From assembly GCA_965248445.1 (NCBI GenBank), contig CBDFJG010000003.1, positions 416,001 through 480,000 of the forward strand: a stretch of DNA of 64,000 nucleotides. Reading direction: 5' to 3'. The notes beneath the pieces were generated by a model. That model worked only from the letters and a program-made list of their open reading frames with translations. It was not told the DNA's origin and did no database searches. Position numbers and translations under genes: made by a program. Positions 1-12,612 of the stretch are shown here, in pieces. The stretch is from Planctomycetota bacterium. Lineage in GTDB: Bacteria; Planctomycetota; JAJSAM01; JAJVHW01. The stretch's first letter is position 1. Every line of letters begins with the position of its first letter.

Positions 1-179
1 CCTACTCGTGCACGAGCAAGCAGTCGTCCGCGCCGCCGCCCACGACACGCTTGTCCGTCTCGGAGCCCCCGCAGACAGCGCCTACGATCCGGTCGCGTCG
101 GAGAGCGCGAACGAGGACGCCGTGGTCCGCCTCGCGGACTGGGCCCGCGCCGCCCGCTGACTGCGAACTTCCATCGCAC

Positions 180-209
180 TTCCTCCGTGTTTCCTCCGTG
201 TTTCCTCCG
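180..209. repeat. 11-bp tandem repeat (TTCCTCCGTGT x2.7) upstream of sucC
   Basis: Units at 180-190, 191-201 and a partial unit at 202-209, read directly. Confidence 0.85.
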
Positions 210-314
210 GGGCATCCCTCCGCGCTCTCCGGGCCCCGGTGTATCGTCCGGGACTCGGCCCGACCGGGGCGCCCAAGTGCGGACGCCGGACCCCGAACGC
301 GGAGACAACGCGAC

Positions 315-1481
315 ATGAAGATCCACGAGCATCAGGCCAAGCAAGTGCTCGCCGAGTTCGGCGTTCCGCTGCTGCGCAACGTCGTTTGCCACACGGCGGA
401 CGAGGTCGAGCAGGCCGCGCGCGACCTGGGCGGCGGGACCGTCGTCGTGAAGGCGCAAGTGCACGCCGGCGGCCGCGGTAAGGGTGGCGGCGTCAAGCTC
501 GCTCGCTCGCCGGCGGAGGCCCGCGAGGTCGCCGGTCAGATCATCGGGATGCAGCTCGTGACGCACCAGACGGGCCCAGAAGGCGTGCCCGTACGCATGG
601 TGTTGGTCGAGGAGGGCTGCCGCATTGCGCAGGAGCTCTACGCGGGCATCGCGCTCGCCCGCGCCAGCGGACTGCCGGTGATGATGGGCTGCGCCGAGGG
701 CGGCGTCGAGATCGAAGAGATCGCGGCGCGCGACCCCGATGCGATCAAGAAGGAGGCCTTCAGCCCGGACGCAGGACTGCGCGGGTACCAGGCCCGCCGC
801 CTGGCGTTCGCACTGGGGCTCTCCGGCAAGCAGGTGCACAAGGCCGCGAAGATGTTCCAGCAGCTCGCGCGCGCCTACGTCGAGCGCGACGCCTCGCTCC
901 TCGAGATCAACCCGATGGTGGTGACCGAGGACGGCGCGCTGATCGCCCTCGACGCGAAGATGAACATCGACGATAGCGCGCTCTACCGCCACCCCGCGCT
1001 GCGGGAGATGGCCGATCCTGCCGAAGAGGACCCGCTCGAGACCCGTGCGAACGCGGCCGGGCTGTCCTACATCGCGCTCGACGGTGACATCGCGTGCATG
1101 GTCAACGGCGCGGGACTCGCGATGGCCACGATGGACGTCATCCAGCACCACGGCGGCGAGCCGGCCAACTTCCTGGATGTCGGTGGCGGGGCAACGCTCG
1201 AACGCGTCACGGAGGCGTTCCGCATCATCCTGTCCGACTCCCGGGTGAAGGCGATCCTCGTGAACATCTTCGGCGGCATCATGCGCTGCGACGTCATCGC
1301 CGAGGGCGTGGTCGCCGCGGCGAAGGAGATCGGACTCGAGGACCCGCTGGTGGTGCGCCTCGAGGGCACGAACGTCGAGGAGGGACGGCGCATCCTTGCA
1401 GAGAGCGGGATCGCGCTGACCGTCGCCGATGACATGACGGACGCCGCGCAGAAGGTCGTCGCAGCTGCGGCCAACGGCTAA
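315..1481 (+). CDS. sucC: Succinyl-CoA ligase (ADP-forming) beta subunit
   Basis: Starts MKIHEHQAK at ATG 315; motifs KAQVHAGGRGKGGGV, NGAGLAMATMD, PANFLDVGGGA, NIFGGIMRCD. Confidence 0.97.
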   Translation: MKIHEHQAKQVLAEFGVPLLRNVVCHTADEVEQAARDLGGGTVVVKAQVHAGGRGKGGGVKLARSPAEAREVAGQIIGMQLVTHQTGPEGVPVRMVLVEEGCRIAQELYAGIALARASGLPVMMGCAEGGVEIEEIAARDPDAIKKEAFSPDAGLRGYQARRLAFALGLSGKQVHKAAKMFQQLARAYVERDASLLEINPMVVTEDGALIALDAKMNIDDSALYRHPALREMADPAEEDPLETRANAAGLSYIALDGDIACMVNGAGLAMATMDVIQHHGGEPANFLDVGGGATLERVTEAFRIILSDSRVKAILVNIFGGIMRCDVIAEGVVAAAKEIGLEDPLVVRLEGTNVEEGRRILAESGIALTVADDMTDAAQKVVAAAANG

Positions 1482-1493
1482 GGAGCGCTAGAG

Positions 1494-2399
1494 ATGTCGA
1501 TCCTCGTCAACAAGAACTCCCGAGTCCTCGTGCAGGGGCTGACCGGTAGTGCCGGTTCGTTCCACGCCGGGCAGTGCGCCGAGTACGGCACCCAGATCGT
1601 CGCCGGTGTCGTGCCGGGTAAGGGCGGCCAGATGCACAACGGCGTTCCGGTGTTCGATACCGTCGAACACGCGGTGCGCGAGACCGGAGCCGACGTCTCG
1701 ATGGTGTTCGTGCCGCCGCCCTTCGCCGCGGACGCGGTGATGGAGAGTGCGGATGGCGGCGTGCCGCTCGTCGTCTGCATCACCGAGGGCATCCCCGCGA
1801 TCGACGAGGTGCGCATCAAGCTGGCCCTCGAGCACAGCGATACGCGCATGCTCGGGCCGAACTGCCCTGGTGTCATCACGCCGGGCGAGTGCAAGGTCGG
1901 CATCATGCCGGGCTACATCCACAAGCCCGGCCGCGTCGGCGTCGTGTCCCGCAGCGGCACGCTCACCTACGAGGCCGTTTGGCAACTGTCGAGCCGCGAC
2001 ATCGGTCAGAGCACCTGCATCGGCATCGGCGGCGATCCGGTCATCGGGACGACGTTCGTGGATGCGCTCGGGCTCTACCTCGCGGATGACGACACCGACG
2101 CCATCGTGCTGATAGGGGAGATCGGCGGCAGCGCAGAGGAAGAGGCCGCGGCGTACTACGCCGCGAGCGGGAGTAAGAAGCCCATCGCGTCGTTCGTGGC
2201 CGGCGCAACCGCGCCCCCCGGCAAGCGCATGGGGCACGCCGGTGCGATCATCGCGGGCGGCAAGGGCACCGCAGCCGAGAAGAAGAAGGCGCTCCTCGCA
2301 GCGGGCATCGGCGTCGCCGAGTCGCCGGCCGACATGGGCCTGACGATGGCGCAGATGATGGTCGAGCGAGACCTGGCCCCCGCGTCGGTCCTCGACTGA
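1494..2399 (+). CDS. sucD: Succinyl-CoA ligase alpha subunit
   Basis: Motifs [15 protein letters not shown] and the phospho-His motif RMGHAGA; follows sucC with an AAGGAG RBS. Confidence 0.97.
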   Translation: MSILVNKNSRVLVQGLTGSAGSFHAGQCAEYGTQIVAGVVPGKGGQMHNGVPVFDTVEHAVRETGADVSMVFVPPPFAADAVMESADGGVPLVVCITEGIPAIDEVRIKLALEHSDTRMLGPNCPGVITPGECKVGIMPGYIHKPGRVGVVSRSGTLTYEAVWQLSSRDIGQSTCIGIGGDPVIGTTFVDALGLYLADDDTDAIVLIGEIGGSAEEEAAAYYAASGSKKPIASFVAGATAPPGKRMGHAGAIIAGGKGTAAEKKKALLAAGIGVAESPADMGLTMAQMMVERDLAPASVLD

Positions 2400-2443
2400 A
2401 CACTGAGAGAGAGCATGGGCCAGTTGGTGCGAGGGGTGCGACG

Positions 2444-2599
2444 GTGAAGGAGAGGGCCGGCACGCTGCTCCAGCTGACCGGACTGATCCTCCTGCCGGTG
2501 GCGGTCGTGTTCGGACTCCGGGGCGGTGACATCTTCACCGAGCTTCTGCTCGCCACCGGAGGCGTCGCGCTCCTGCTGATGGGCCGCTCGCTGCGCTGA
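2444..2599 (+). CDS. Small 51-aa two-TM membrane protein (not in ORF track)
   Basis: GTG 2444 gives MKERAGTLLQLTGLILLPVAVVFGLRGGDIFTELLLATGGVALLLMGRSLR*; GAGGGG upstream; fills the gap in a co-directional gene run. Confidence 0.6.
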   Translation: MKERAGTLLQLTGLILLPVAVVFGLRGGDIFTELLLATGGVALLLMGRSLR

Positions 2600-2618
2600 C
2601 CGCTGTAGCATCCGGCGG

Positions 2619-3137
2619 ATGGAGAGCCGCGACCTGACCGCGACGAGCCTCATGGCGAACCGACTCGTCGTGGCGTTGCTCGTGGCCGTCGGGCTCTACT
2701 TCCTGTTCCGGCCGCGCGCCCTCGGCTGGGACGCGCTCGCGCGGTCGGTCGGCGGAGAGTCGGCGCTCGTGTCCGGCGGAGTCGGCATGGCATTCCTGCT
2801 GCTGGCGCTTGCTGCCCGGGAGATGCACTCGATGCGCGTCCAGTCCGCGGAGGTCGCCGAGGGTCTCAATCAGCTCCTCTACGGCACGGACTACGCGCGG
2901 GACCGGGAAGCTGTCGAGATCCTGCTGGACGCCCTCGACGGCTCTGACCTTGAGGGGCGGGTCACCGCGCACAAGCACTTGCTGCGACTCACGGGGCAGA
3001 ACCTCGCGGCGGACCCGCGCGTGTGGCGCAGCTGGTGGGCGGCGCACCAGCGGCACTGGAGCCGCGCGCGCCTGACTGCCGATCCGACCACCGAAGAAGC
3101 AGACGGCCCGCCCGACTCCGGTCCTGTCTCGGCGTGA
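2619..3137 (+). CDS. Hypothetical membrane protein with a C-terminal HEAT-like segment
   Basis: Two hydrophobic segments, then an LLRLTGQ...WRSWW tail typical of HEAT-repeat caps. Confidence 0.65.
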   Translation: MESRDLTATSLMANRLVVALLVAVGLYFLFRPRALGWDALARSVGGESALVSGGVGMAFLLLALAAREMHSMRVQSAEVAEGLNQLLYGTDYARDREAVEILLDALDGSDLEGRVTAHKHLLRLTGQNLAADPRVWRSWWAAHQRHWSRARLTADPTTEEADGPPDSGPVSA

Positions 3138-3577
3138 CGACCCGGTTTCTCCAGGCCGTCGGCGTCGTCGTGCTGGCGCTCTTGCTCTGGTGGGGCCTCG
3201 ACGCTCTGTTCACCAGCGACGAGGAGCGGATCGCGAACGCCGTCGACGCCGCCCGCGACGCCCTCATCGAGAAGCGCGACGCCGACTTCCTCGCGTTCTT
3301 CGCGGACGATCTCGTCTACCAGAAGGGGAAGGGTCACGATCAGCTCGAGCGAGACCTGCGTCGCTGGCGGGCAAGCGGACTCAGCGAGGCTCACATCATC
3401 TCCCGCGAGGTCGAGATCGACCCCGACCGCGTGGCCCGGATCAGCCTGCAGGTCTCCGCCGGCAAGGGTCTGCTCGGGCTCGCTCAGGTGACCGTCGAGA
3501 TCGAGGCGGCCGAGGTCGAGGGTGACGACTGGCGAGTCCGGTCGTTCCGGTGGTGGCGCGGAAGCGCAGAGCGTTAG
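3134..3577 (+). CDS. Membrane-anchored hypothetical protein, possible NTF2/SnoaL-like fold
   Basis: GTGA overlap with the upstream stop; N-terminal TM; DADFLAFFADD followed by beta-strand-like segments. Confidence 0.6.
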   Translation: MTTRFLQAVGVVVLALLLWWGLDALFTSDEERIANAVDAARDALIEKRDADFLAFFADDLVYQKGKGHDQLERDLRRWRASGLSEAHIISREVEIDPDRVARISLQVSAGKGLLGLAQVTVEIEAAEVEGDDWRVRSFRWWRGSAER

Positions 3578-3629
3578 GATCGCGCGCCGGGAAGCGGGGC
3601 GGCGTGTTCGCCCGTTCCCTAGAAGTACG

Positions 3630-4670
3630 ATGCCGGACACCACGACCACCCCTCTGCCAAGCGATCCCGCAGCCTCCACGGCGCGGGATCGAGCTGCCCT
3701 GAAGTCGCTCCTCCAGCCCATCGAGCCGGACATGCAGCGAGTGGGGGAAGCGCTGGCCGACATCACGCGGACCCACGCTCCCTACGTCATCCGACTGGTC
3801 GAGCACACGCGGGGTTTCGGTGGCAAGCGGCTGCGCCCGGCGCTCGTGATGCTGGCAGGACGTGCCGTGGACGACGCGAAGGTCGGCGAGACGCACGCGC
3901 GGGTCGGCGCAGTCGTGGAACTCATCCACACGGCCACCCTGGTGCATGACGACATCCTCGACGGCGCACTGGTTCGGCGCGGCCGCTCGACGCTGCACCG
4001 ACTGGAGGGCGTCGAGGTCTCGGTCCTGCTGGGCGACTTCCTGCTCGCCTCGGCGTATGCGGAGGCCGCCGCACTCGAAGACCGCCTTGCGTCCCGCTAT
4101 CTCTCCCAGGTCACGCGCGACGTGTGCCAGGGCGAGGTGCTGCAGATCCACAACCGAGGCAACCTCGATCTGTCGATGGATGAGTACCTCGAGATCATCG
4201 AGAAGAAGACGGCAGTGCTCTATCGCGCGGCGTGCGAGGTCGGCGCCCGCTACGCCGGCGGCAGCGACGAGGACGTGCACGCCCTCGCCACGTACGGGCT
4301 CGAACTCGGCATGGCGTTCCAGATCGTGGACGACGTGCTCGACCTGATCGGCGACGAGCGCGTCGTCGGCAAGTCGCTCGGCACGGATCTGGCGCGCGGG
4401 AAGCTCACGCTTCCGCTGATCCACTTCCTCGAGAACGGCCCGAAGGACGACGTCGCGTACGTCCGCACCGCCCTCGACGCCGGCCGCGGCGCGCAGGAGA
4501 GCAGCGCCATCCGCGAGCGCGTCACCGCCGCCGGTTCCGTCGAGTACGCCACCGCCCAGGCCCGCGCGCGCCTGGACCGAGCCACGTCGGCGCTCGACGG
4601 CTTCCGCGACTCGCCGGCGGTTACGATCCTGCGCTCCGTCGCGGACTACGTGATTGCCCGCCGCCGGTGA
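3630..4670 (+). CDS. Polyprenyl diphosphate synthase (IspB/HepT-like)
   Basis: GGKRLRP, FARM LVHDDILD, SARM FQIVDDVLD, KKTA. Confidence 0.93.
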   Translation: MPDTTTTPLPSDPAASTARDRAALKSLLQPIEPDMQRVGEALADITRTHAPYVIRLVEHTRGFGGKRLRPALVMLAGRAVDDAKVGETHARVGAVVELIHTATLVHDDILDGALVRRGRSTLHRLEGVEVSVLLGDFLLASAYAEAAALEDRLASRYLSQVTRDVCQGEVLQIHNRGNLDLSMDEYLEIIEKKTAVLYRAACEVGARYAGGSDEDVHALATYGLELGMAFQIVDDVLDLIGDERVVGKSLGTDLARGKLTLPLIHFLENGPKDDVAYVRTALDAGRGAQESSAIRERVTAAGSVEYATAQARARLDRATSALDGFRDSPAVTILRSVADYVIARRR

Positions 4671-4760
4671 GCGTTCGCTAACCCTCTCGCTGTTCTACCA
4701 GCCAGAGCGCGGTGATGCTGAGCGCGCTCGAGAGAGCGCAGACGGTGGCGGCGAAATCGC

Positions 4761-5612
4761 TCAGCCCACAGATCCCCGCTGCAGGCGGGCAGCTCTGACG
4801 GTGTTTGTGAGGAGCATGCCGACGGTGATGGGGCCGACGCCGCCGGGTACGGGAGTGATGAGGCCGGCGACCTCGCGGGCGTCGTTGGCGACGTCACCGA
4901 CCACGCCGTCGTCGACGACGTTGATGCCGATGTCCACGACGACGGCACCCGGCTTCAGCATGTCCCCGGTGACGAGGTTCGGCTTGCCGACGGCGACGCA
5001 CACGATGTCGGCTCGACGGGTGTGTGCAGCCACGTCCTTTGTGCCGATGTGACAGACGGTCACGGTAGCCAAGCGATCGAGCAGCAGCAGCGCGAGCGGC
5101 TTGCCGACGATTTCGCTGTGGCCGACGACCACGGTCTCTGCGCCCTCGAGCGGGACCTCGCTCTGCTCGAGCACGTGGATGGCTGCCATCGCCGTGCACG
5201 GTGCGAGGATCGCGCGGCCGCCCGCGAGCCGGCCGAGGTTGCTCGGGTGCAGGCCTTCGACGTCCTTCTGTGGATCCATCAGCGACTGGGCGGCGCGAGC
5301 GTCGAGACCGCTCGGCAGCGGGAGCTGCAGGATGATGCCGGTGGCGCGGTGGTCGGCGGCGAGCGCACGCAGGTGAGTGTGCAGCGCCTCCTGCGTGGTC
5401 TGGGCGGAGAGCCGGTTGTGGCGGAACCGGATGCCGGTGCGCTGGCACGCGCGGCTTTGGTTACGCAGGTACACGTCGGAGGCGCCCGAGTCGCCGACGG
5501 ACACAGCCACCAACCGCACGGGGCCCTCGCGGCTGAGGACCTCGACGTCGGCCCGCACCTGCTCCTCGATGGCGCTGCGCAGCGCCCGTCCGTCCACCAG
5601 CTTCGCCGTCAT
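4761..5612 (-). CDS. folD: Bifunctional methylenetetrahydrofolate dehydrogenase/cyclohydrolase
   Basis: GIILQLPLP, KDVEG, PCT, SEIVGKP, ITPVPGGVGP. Confidence 0.95.
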   Translation of the reverse strand: MTAKLVDGRALRSAIEEQVRADVEVLSREGPVRLVAVSVGDSGASDVYLRNQSRACQRTGIRFRHNRLSAQTTQEALHTHLRALAADHRATGIILQLPLPSGLDARAAQSLMDPQKDVEGLHPSNLGRLAGGRAILAPCTAMAAIHVLEQSEVPLEGAETVVVGHSEIVGKPLALLLLDRLATVTVCHIGTKDVAAHTRRADIVCVAVGKPNLVTGDMLKPGAVVVDIGINVVDDGVVGDVANDAREVAGLITPVPGGVGPITVGMLLTNTVRAARLQRGSVG

Positions 5613-5708
5613 GCCGCGCAGGATACGTCAGCCGCCCGTCAGAGGCTCCTCACGACCAACGACGCGTGCTCCAACGGGCTCGCGAGTGCCCCGTGATACG
5701 ATCCGGTC

Positions 5709-6248
5709 ATGCTCGGCGACATCCAGGAGATCCTCTACTCCCGGGAGGTCATCGACGAGCGCGTGAAGGAACTGGCGGCCCACGTCCAGGGCGCGTACCG
5801 CGACCAGCCCCTGACCGTGGCCGTCGTCCTGAACGGGGCCTTCATCTTCGCGGCCGACCTGGTGCGACACCTCGCCGCCGACGTCGACATGGTGTTCGTG
5901 CGCGCGCACTCCTACGGGGCTGACACGAGCCCCCAGTCCGAGCCGACCATCGGCCTGCCTGCGGGGATCGATTGGACGGGGCGGCACGTGCTGCTGGTCG
6001 AGGACATCGTGGACACCGGGCACACGGCCGTCGCCATGATGAGCGCGCTCCGCGGGCGTGGAGCCGCGTCCGTGCGGCTCTGCACGTTCCTGGACAAGCC
6101 GTCCCGCCGCGAGGTCGAGGTGAGCGTGGATTTCACCGGCTTCACGGTGGAGCGCGAGCCGTTCGTGGTTGGATACGGCCTCGACATCGGCGGTCGCTAC
6201 CGGAGCCTGCCGTACGTCGGCGTGCTGAAGCCCGAGTGCCGGCCCTGA
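5709..6248 (+). CDS. hpt: Hypoxanthine phosphoribosyltransferase
   Basis: PRPP motif VLLVEDIVDTGHT; FVVGYGLD; YRSLPY. Confidence 0.93.
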   Translation: MLGDIQEILYSREVIDERVKELAAHVQGAYRDQPLTVAVVLNGAFIFAADLVRHLAADVDMVFVRAHSYGADTSPQSEPTIGLPAGIDWTGRHVLLVEDIVDTGHTAVAMMSALRGRGAASVRLCTFLDKPSRREVEVSVDFTGFTVEREPFVVGYGLDIGGRYRSLPYVGVLKPECRP

Positions 6249-6252
6249 AGCC

Positions 6253-7029
6253 ATGGCTCTCGGTGATCGCGACTATATGCGCCGTCCTACTCCGCTGGGA
6301 GAGGCGCGCGGTCTGCGCTCGATCTCGATCCGCCTGATCATCGTGTGTGCGGTCGTGTGGCTCATGGTCCGCGCGAACTACCAGCCGGGGCGGGACAACC
6401 TCGTCGACGAGTTCGCGATCTCCTGGAACGCGCTCACCGAAGGCCGCGTCTGGACTCTCCTGACTCACGCGCTCACGCACCTCGACACGATGCACATCCT
6501 CTTCAACGCGTACGGCATCTGGCTCTTCGGCCGGATGGTCGAGCCGACGTACACGCGGCGGCAGTTCTACTTCGCGATTCTGGGCGCCATGCTCGCGGGC
6601 GGTCTCGGGCACGCGATCTACGGGGTCGCGACCGGCGATCCCCGGACGCCGGCCATCGGCGTGTCCGGAGTGGTGATGGCGCTCGTCGTGATGGCTGCAC
6701 TGCGCTTCCCCAAGGCCAAGATGGTGCTGTTCCCGATCCCGATCCAGTTGCCACTGTGGGTGCTCGGGGGGGTCTACATCGCGCTCGACGTGACGGGTGC
6801 CGTGCGCGGGACCGGGAACACCGCCTACGCGGCCCACCTGGGTGGGGCGGCGGCGGGGCTCGTGGCTCACCTACTCTCGCGAGGTCCGCGCGTGCAGCAG
6901 TTGCCGCCGCGTCGGCCGGCCAACCGGCAGGAAGTCGTCGACGCGCTGCTGGACAAGATCCAGCGCCAGGGGATCGGGTCGCTCTCGGCAGAGGAGCGGG
7001 CGTTCCTCGAAGAGTCGTCCCGCCGCTGA
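6253..7029 (+). CDS. Rhomboid family intramembrane serine protease
   Basis: HILFN, GxSG (IGVSG), AHLGG; C-terminal VDALLDKI..G..SLS tail. Confidence 0.9.
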   Translation: MALGDRDYMRRPTPLGEARGLRSISIRLIIVCAVVWLMVRANYQPGRDNLVDEFAISWNALTEGRVWTLLTHALTHLDTMHILFNAYGIWLFGRMVEPTYTRRQFYFAILGAMLAGGLGHAIYGVATGDPRTPAIGVSGVVMALVVMAALRFPKAKMVLFPIPIQLPLWVLGGVYIALDVTGAVRGTGNTAYAAHLGGAAAGLVAHLLSRGPRVQQLPPRRPANRQEVVDALLDKIQRQGIGSLSAEERAFLEESSRR

Positions 7030-7060
7030 GCTCGAACTGCTGAGTCCTATCTGCTGGACC

Positions 7061-7560
7061 CTACCTGCTCGGCACGAGCACCAGCGACACGTCGAAGGTC
7101 TCTTGTCCCTCGAGGGTGATGTCCTGCCACGCCTCGTCGTGACCCGGCAACAGAGCCGACACCGTGTGCTTGTTGTTGCCGTACTCGTGCCGCCGCACCG
7201 TCTCTGTGCCGTGAATCAGCGACAGCGGGATCCAGATCGGGAACAGGAGGATCGTCCCGATGACTCCCGTGCTCTTGCGGATGGAGGCACCGACGTTGTT
7301 CTGACGGGAGTGGATCGTCTCGACGTGGTGGTACTCCACCGGCATTTTGAACGGGGCCGTGTCGAGTTCGGCGCCGTCCATGTAGACCATGGCGCCGCTG
7401 GGGCTCGTGCTCACGAGCAGGTCCGTGGTGATCAGGTCCGACTGGCGCTGGCCGGCGAAGAACTTCGACTTGCACGCGGGCAGTAGGAGCAGCGCTCCAC
7501 AGAGTGCGGCGGCGGTGGCGAAGCGGCCCATGGCGGTCGGACTCCCTGATTCTCTGGCCA

Positions 7561-7564
<4 letters not shown>
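7061..7564 (-). CDS. PEGA-domain lipoprotein
   Basis: Lipobox-like LLPAC; VSTSPSGAMVYMDG PEGA-like motif; the start may be ATG 7531. Confidence 0.7.
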
Positions 7565-9834
<2,270 letters not shown>

Positions 9835-9909
9835 CTCTAGTGATCCTCCGTTCCTGGCCCAGAGTTCATACCGGACTCGCCCGTTGTGACCGCGCTTTCG
9901 AACGACCGT

Positions 9910-12612
9910 TCAACGCCCGAGGGTCGCCGAGAGGCGCTCCCAGTCCCGGAGAGCCGCCCGCCGTTTGATCTCGTCTGGGGAGAACCCCGTCTCGGACGAT
10001 GGGTCCTCTCGGAGGAGCGCGTCCTTGGCGACCTCCGCCAGTTCGAGCCACTGCGCCTCGCGCCCGGGGAGCTCGAATGCGTACAGGAACTGCAGGTTGT
10101 AGAAGTACGCGTCCTGATAGGCACCGCCGGTGAGATCGAATGCGCGCAGGTACATCTCCTCCGCCCGTTCGAAGTCCTGCTCCGCGGCGAAGTAGTGGTG
10201 CATCAGCCCGGTGTCGTTGAACACCCCGGCGTACACCCAGCGTTCGGCGAACGGCAGGTCGTCGACGTCCTCGGGGATGCGAGCGATCGCCTCGGCGTAC
10301 AGTGCGACGCACTTCTTGAGCAGCGCACGTGCCCGCTCGGGAGTGCCGTCGGGGAACGTCTGGATTCGCGCGGGCCCGCGGCTCGTGAAACTCGACACGA
10401 CCTCACGCAGCGTGAACGCGAGGTTGTTGCGCGAGAGGACCTGGAAGCGGGCGTCGTCCGGCCGGACGGCGAGGAACCGGTCGTAGTCGGCGATCATCGC
10501 GTCGACGGCGGCGAAGCCGTCGAGACGCCGGGCGCGAATGGCACCCTCGACCTCGGCGACGACGGCTGCGAGGCCTGGCCGGACGCGGAGCGCGTCGAAG
10601 TAGGCGTCCATCGCGTCGTCGCGTCTCTTCTGCAGCAGCAGCGCGCGCGCCAGGTAGACCCGCGGCCACGCGGTCTCGAACGGCTCCACGTCGATGCGCT
10701 TGCGGAGCGCCTGCTCGGCGCGCGCTACATCTCCGGCGCCCAGACGCTCGCAGCCGACGAAGTAGAGAAGCGCCGAGTCTCTCGGGCGCTTCGCGAGGAG
10801 TTCCTCGAGGAGGGCGCGATAGCCGGCGATGTCGGGAGACATCAGATTGCGTAGTCCGGCCAGGGCGCGTTCTGCTGCGCTGTCATCGCCGAGGGCGTCG
10901 ATGTAAGCCGTGCGCGCCTTCTCGGTCTCACCGGCGTAGTGCCAGGCGTAGGCGCGCAGGAGGACAGCTACGCCGTAGAGGGGCTGCTCGGCCTCGAGCG
11001 TGTCGAGGAGCTCGCCGGCCGCGCGCATGTCCGCAGTGTCGGCGTCGGTCGCGCCATCGCCGGCGTAGCCGCGGAATCCGCGGCGATAGCGGTGCGTGCC
11101 GAGGGCTTCGCGCACGCTGCGCGGCGCCGTCTCGGCGGCCGCGCGGGCGGTGAGGAGGTCAATTGCCTCGCCCCGGCGTCCGCGCACCCGCAGCCAGAGG
11201 GCCTCGCCGAGCAGTGCCTCGTCGCGCACCGGCCACGCCGCCCCCTCCGCCCGCCGGACGCGCCGGTAGACCAGGATCGCATCCTCGGCCCGGGCGACCG
11301 CAAGAGCCTCCTCCTTGTTCGTCAACGCTGCCGAGACGCGGGCCAGGAGCAGCAGGTGCGCCGCGACCTCCGGCTCTCCGTCGTTCGCGCCGCCTGGCGA
11401 GGTCACACGTACGCGCGCACGTAGCGCGTGTTCTGCGCGGAGCAGCGGGCCGCGTTCGTCGAGTTCGAGTGCGGATCGCGCGGCACCGTCGGCGGCGCGA
11501 TCCGAATTCGGATTGCGGACAAGTTCCGCCTCGAACGCGGCGAGCGCATCCCGCGGACGCCCCTCCGCGAGGAGCTTGTCGCAGTCCTCGAGCGGGGGGA
11601 GCACGGGCGAGGTCAGCGCCTTCAGGAATGCGAGCAGGTCGGCGCGGTCCTCCTCGTCGAGGGCGAGCGGGCGCATGAGCGCGGAGAGATGGGGGTTCCG
11701 CCCGCCGCCGTCGACGTAGAAGTCGATGACCTCTTCCAGGATCGCCAGCGAACCGTCGTGCATGAACGGTCCCGTGAGCTCGATGTTGCGCAGGGTGGGT
11801 GTCCGGAAGGCGCCCGTGTCGTCTGCCTCGCCGGTGATCTTCGCGCGACCAGGGTCGGCCTTACCCTCGTCCTTCCCGGCGCCTGTGTTGTGGAAGCGTC
11901 CGTCACTGAACAGCGCATAGCTCTGCCGAATCGAGTGACACTGCACGCAGCCCGCGTCCGCGATGAACAGCCGGTACCCGCGTGCGGCCGCGTCGCTCAT
12001 GGCCGCCTCGTCGCCAGCCCACCACGCGTCGAACGGGGCGTCGCCCGAGAGCAGCGTGCGCTCGAATGCGGCCAGGGCGCGGACCGTGCGCTGCATGGTG
12101 ACGGCCGGATCGCCGAACGCCTCCTCGAACAGCGGTGTGTACTCCTCGATACCGGCCATGTGCTCGGCGAATGCACCCGCATCCGGCCACCCGAGTTCAT
12201 CGGGGTGCAGCAGCACCGCGCGGGCCTGCTCCTCGAGCGACGGCGCCCGGCCGTCGTGGAACAGATCGCGCACCAGCCCCACGTTGAGGAGCGTCGGTGC
12301 GTTGCGTGCCAGCTTCTTGCCTCCGCGTCCGGTCGGAACCGCGCGGCCGTCCGTGAACGCGAGTGACGCGACATGGCACGTGGCGCACGCGGAGGCGCCG
12401 TCCACGGAGAGCCGACGGTCGGTGAACAGCTTCGCCCCGAGCTCTACCTTTGCCTTCGTGGTCCGGTTGGTCCGGGGCGCCAGCGGGCGCACGACGCCGC
12501 GCGGTGGCGGCTCCCGTCCGTCCTCCGCCGTGGCGACGACCGCGAGCAGCGCGAGCGCCGCCGCGGCGGCGGCGATCGCGGGCCTCCGTTCAGCGCCAGC
12601 GAATCGGAACAC
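9910..12612 (-). CDS. Di-haem cytochrome c peroxidase (bCcP/MauG superfamily) fused to a ~560-aa helical TPR-like region
   Basis: Signal peptide; CATCH and CVQCH haem motifs; RNAPT, FRTPTLRN, PFMHDG; Ala/Leu-rich helical C-terminus. Confidence 0.85.
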   Translation of the reverse strand: MFRFAGAERRPAIAAAAAALALLAVVATAEDGREPPPRGVVRPLAPRTNRTTKAKVELGAKLFTDRRLSVDGASACATCHVASLAFTDGRAVPTGRGGKKLARNAPTLLNVGLVRDLFHDGRAPSLEEQARAVLLHPDELGWPDAGAFAEHMAGIEEYTPLFEEAFGDPAVTMQRTVRALAAFERTLLSGDAPFDAWWAGDEAAMSDAAARGYRLFIADAGCVQCHSIRQSYALFSDGRFHNTGAGKDEGKADPGRAKITGEADDTGAFRTPTLRNIELTGPFMHDGSLAILEEVIDFYVDGGGRNPHLSALMRPLALDEEDRADLLAFLKALTSPVLPPLEDCDKLLAEGRPRDALAAFEAELVRNPNSDRAADGAARSALELDERGPLLRAEHALRARVRVTSPGGANDGEPEVAAHLLLLARVSAALTNKEEALAVARAEDAILVYRRVRRAEGAAWPVRDEALLGEALWLRVRGRRGEAIDLLTARAAAETAPRSVREALGTHRYRRGFRGYAGDGATDADTADMRAAGELLDTLEAEQPLYGVAVLLRAYAWHYAGETEKARTAYIDALGDDSAAERALAGLRNLMSPDIAGYRALLEELLAKRPRDSALLYFVGCERLGAGDVARAEQALRKRIDVEPFETAWPRVYLARALLLQKRRDDAMDAYFDALRVRPGLAAVVAEVEGAIRARRLDGFAAVDAMIADYDRFLAVRPDDARFQVLSRNNLAFTLREVVSSFTSRGPARIQTFPDGTPERARALLKKCVALYAEAIARIPEDVDDLPFAERWVYAGVFNDTGLMHHYFAAEQDFERAEEMYLRAFDLTGGAYQDAYFYNLQFLYAFELPGREAQWLELAEVAKDALLREDPSSETGFSPDEIKRRAALRDWERLSATLGR

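Noticed and set aside
2..316. Minus-strand ORF and the 88-codon N-terminal extension of sucC
   Set aside because: No recognisable motifs; SucC homology starts at ATG 315.
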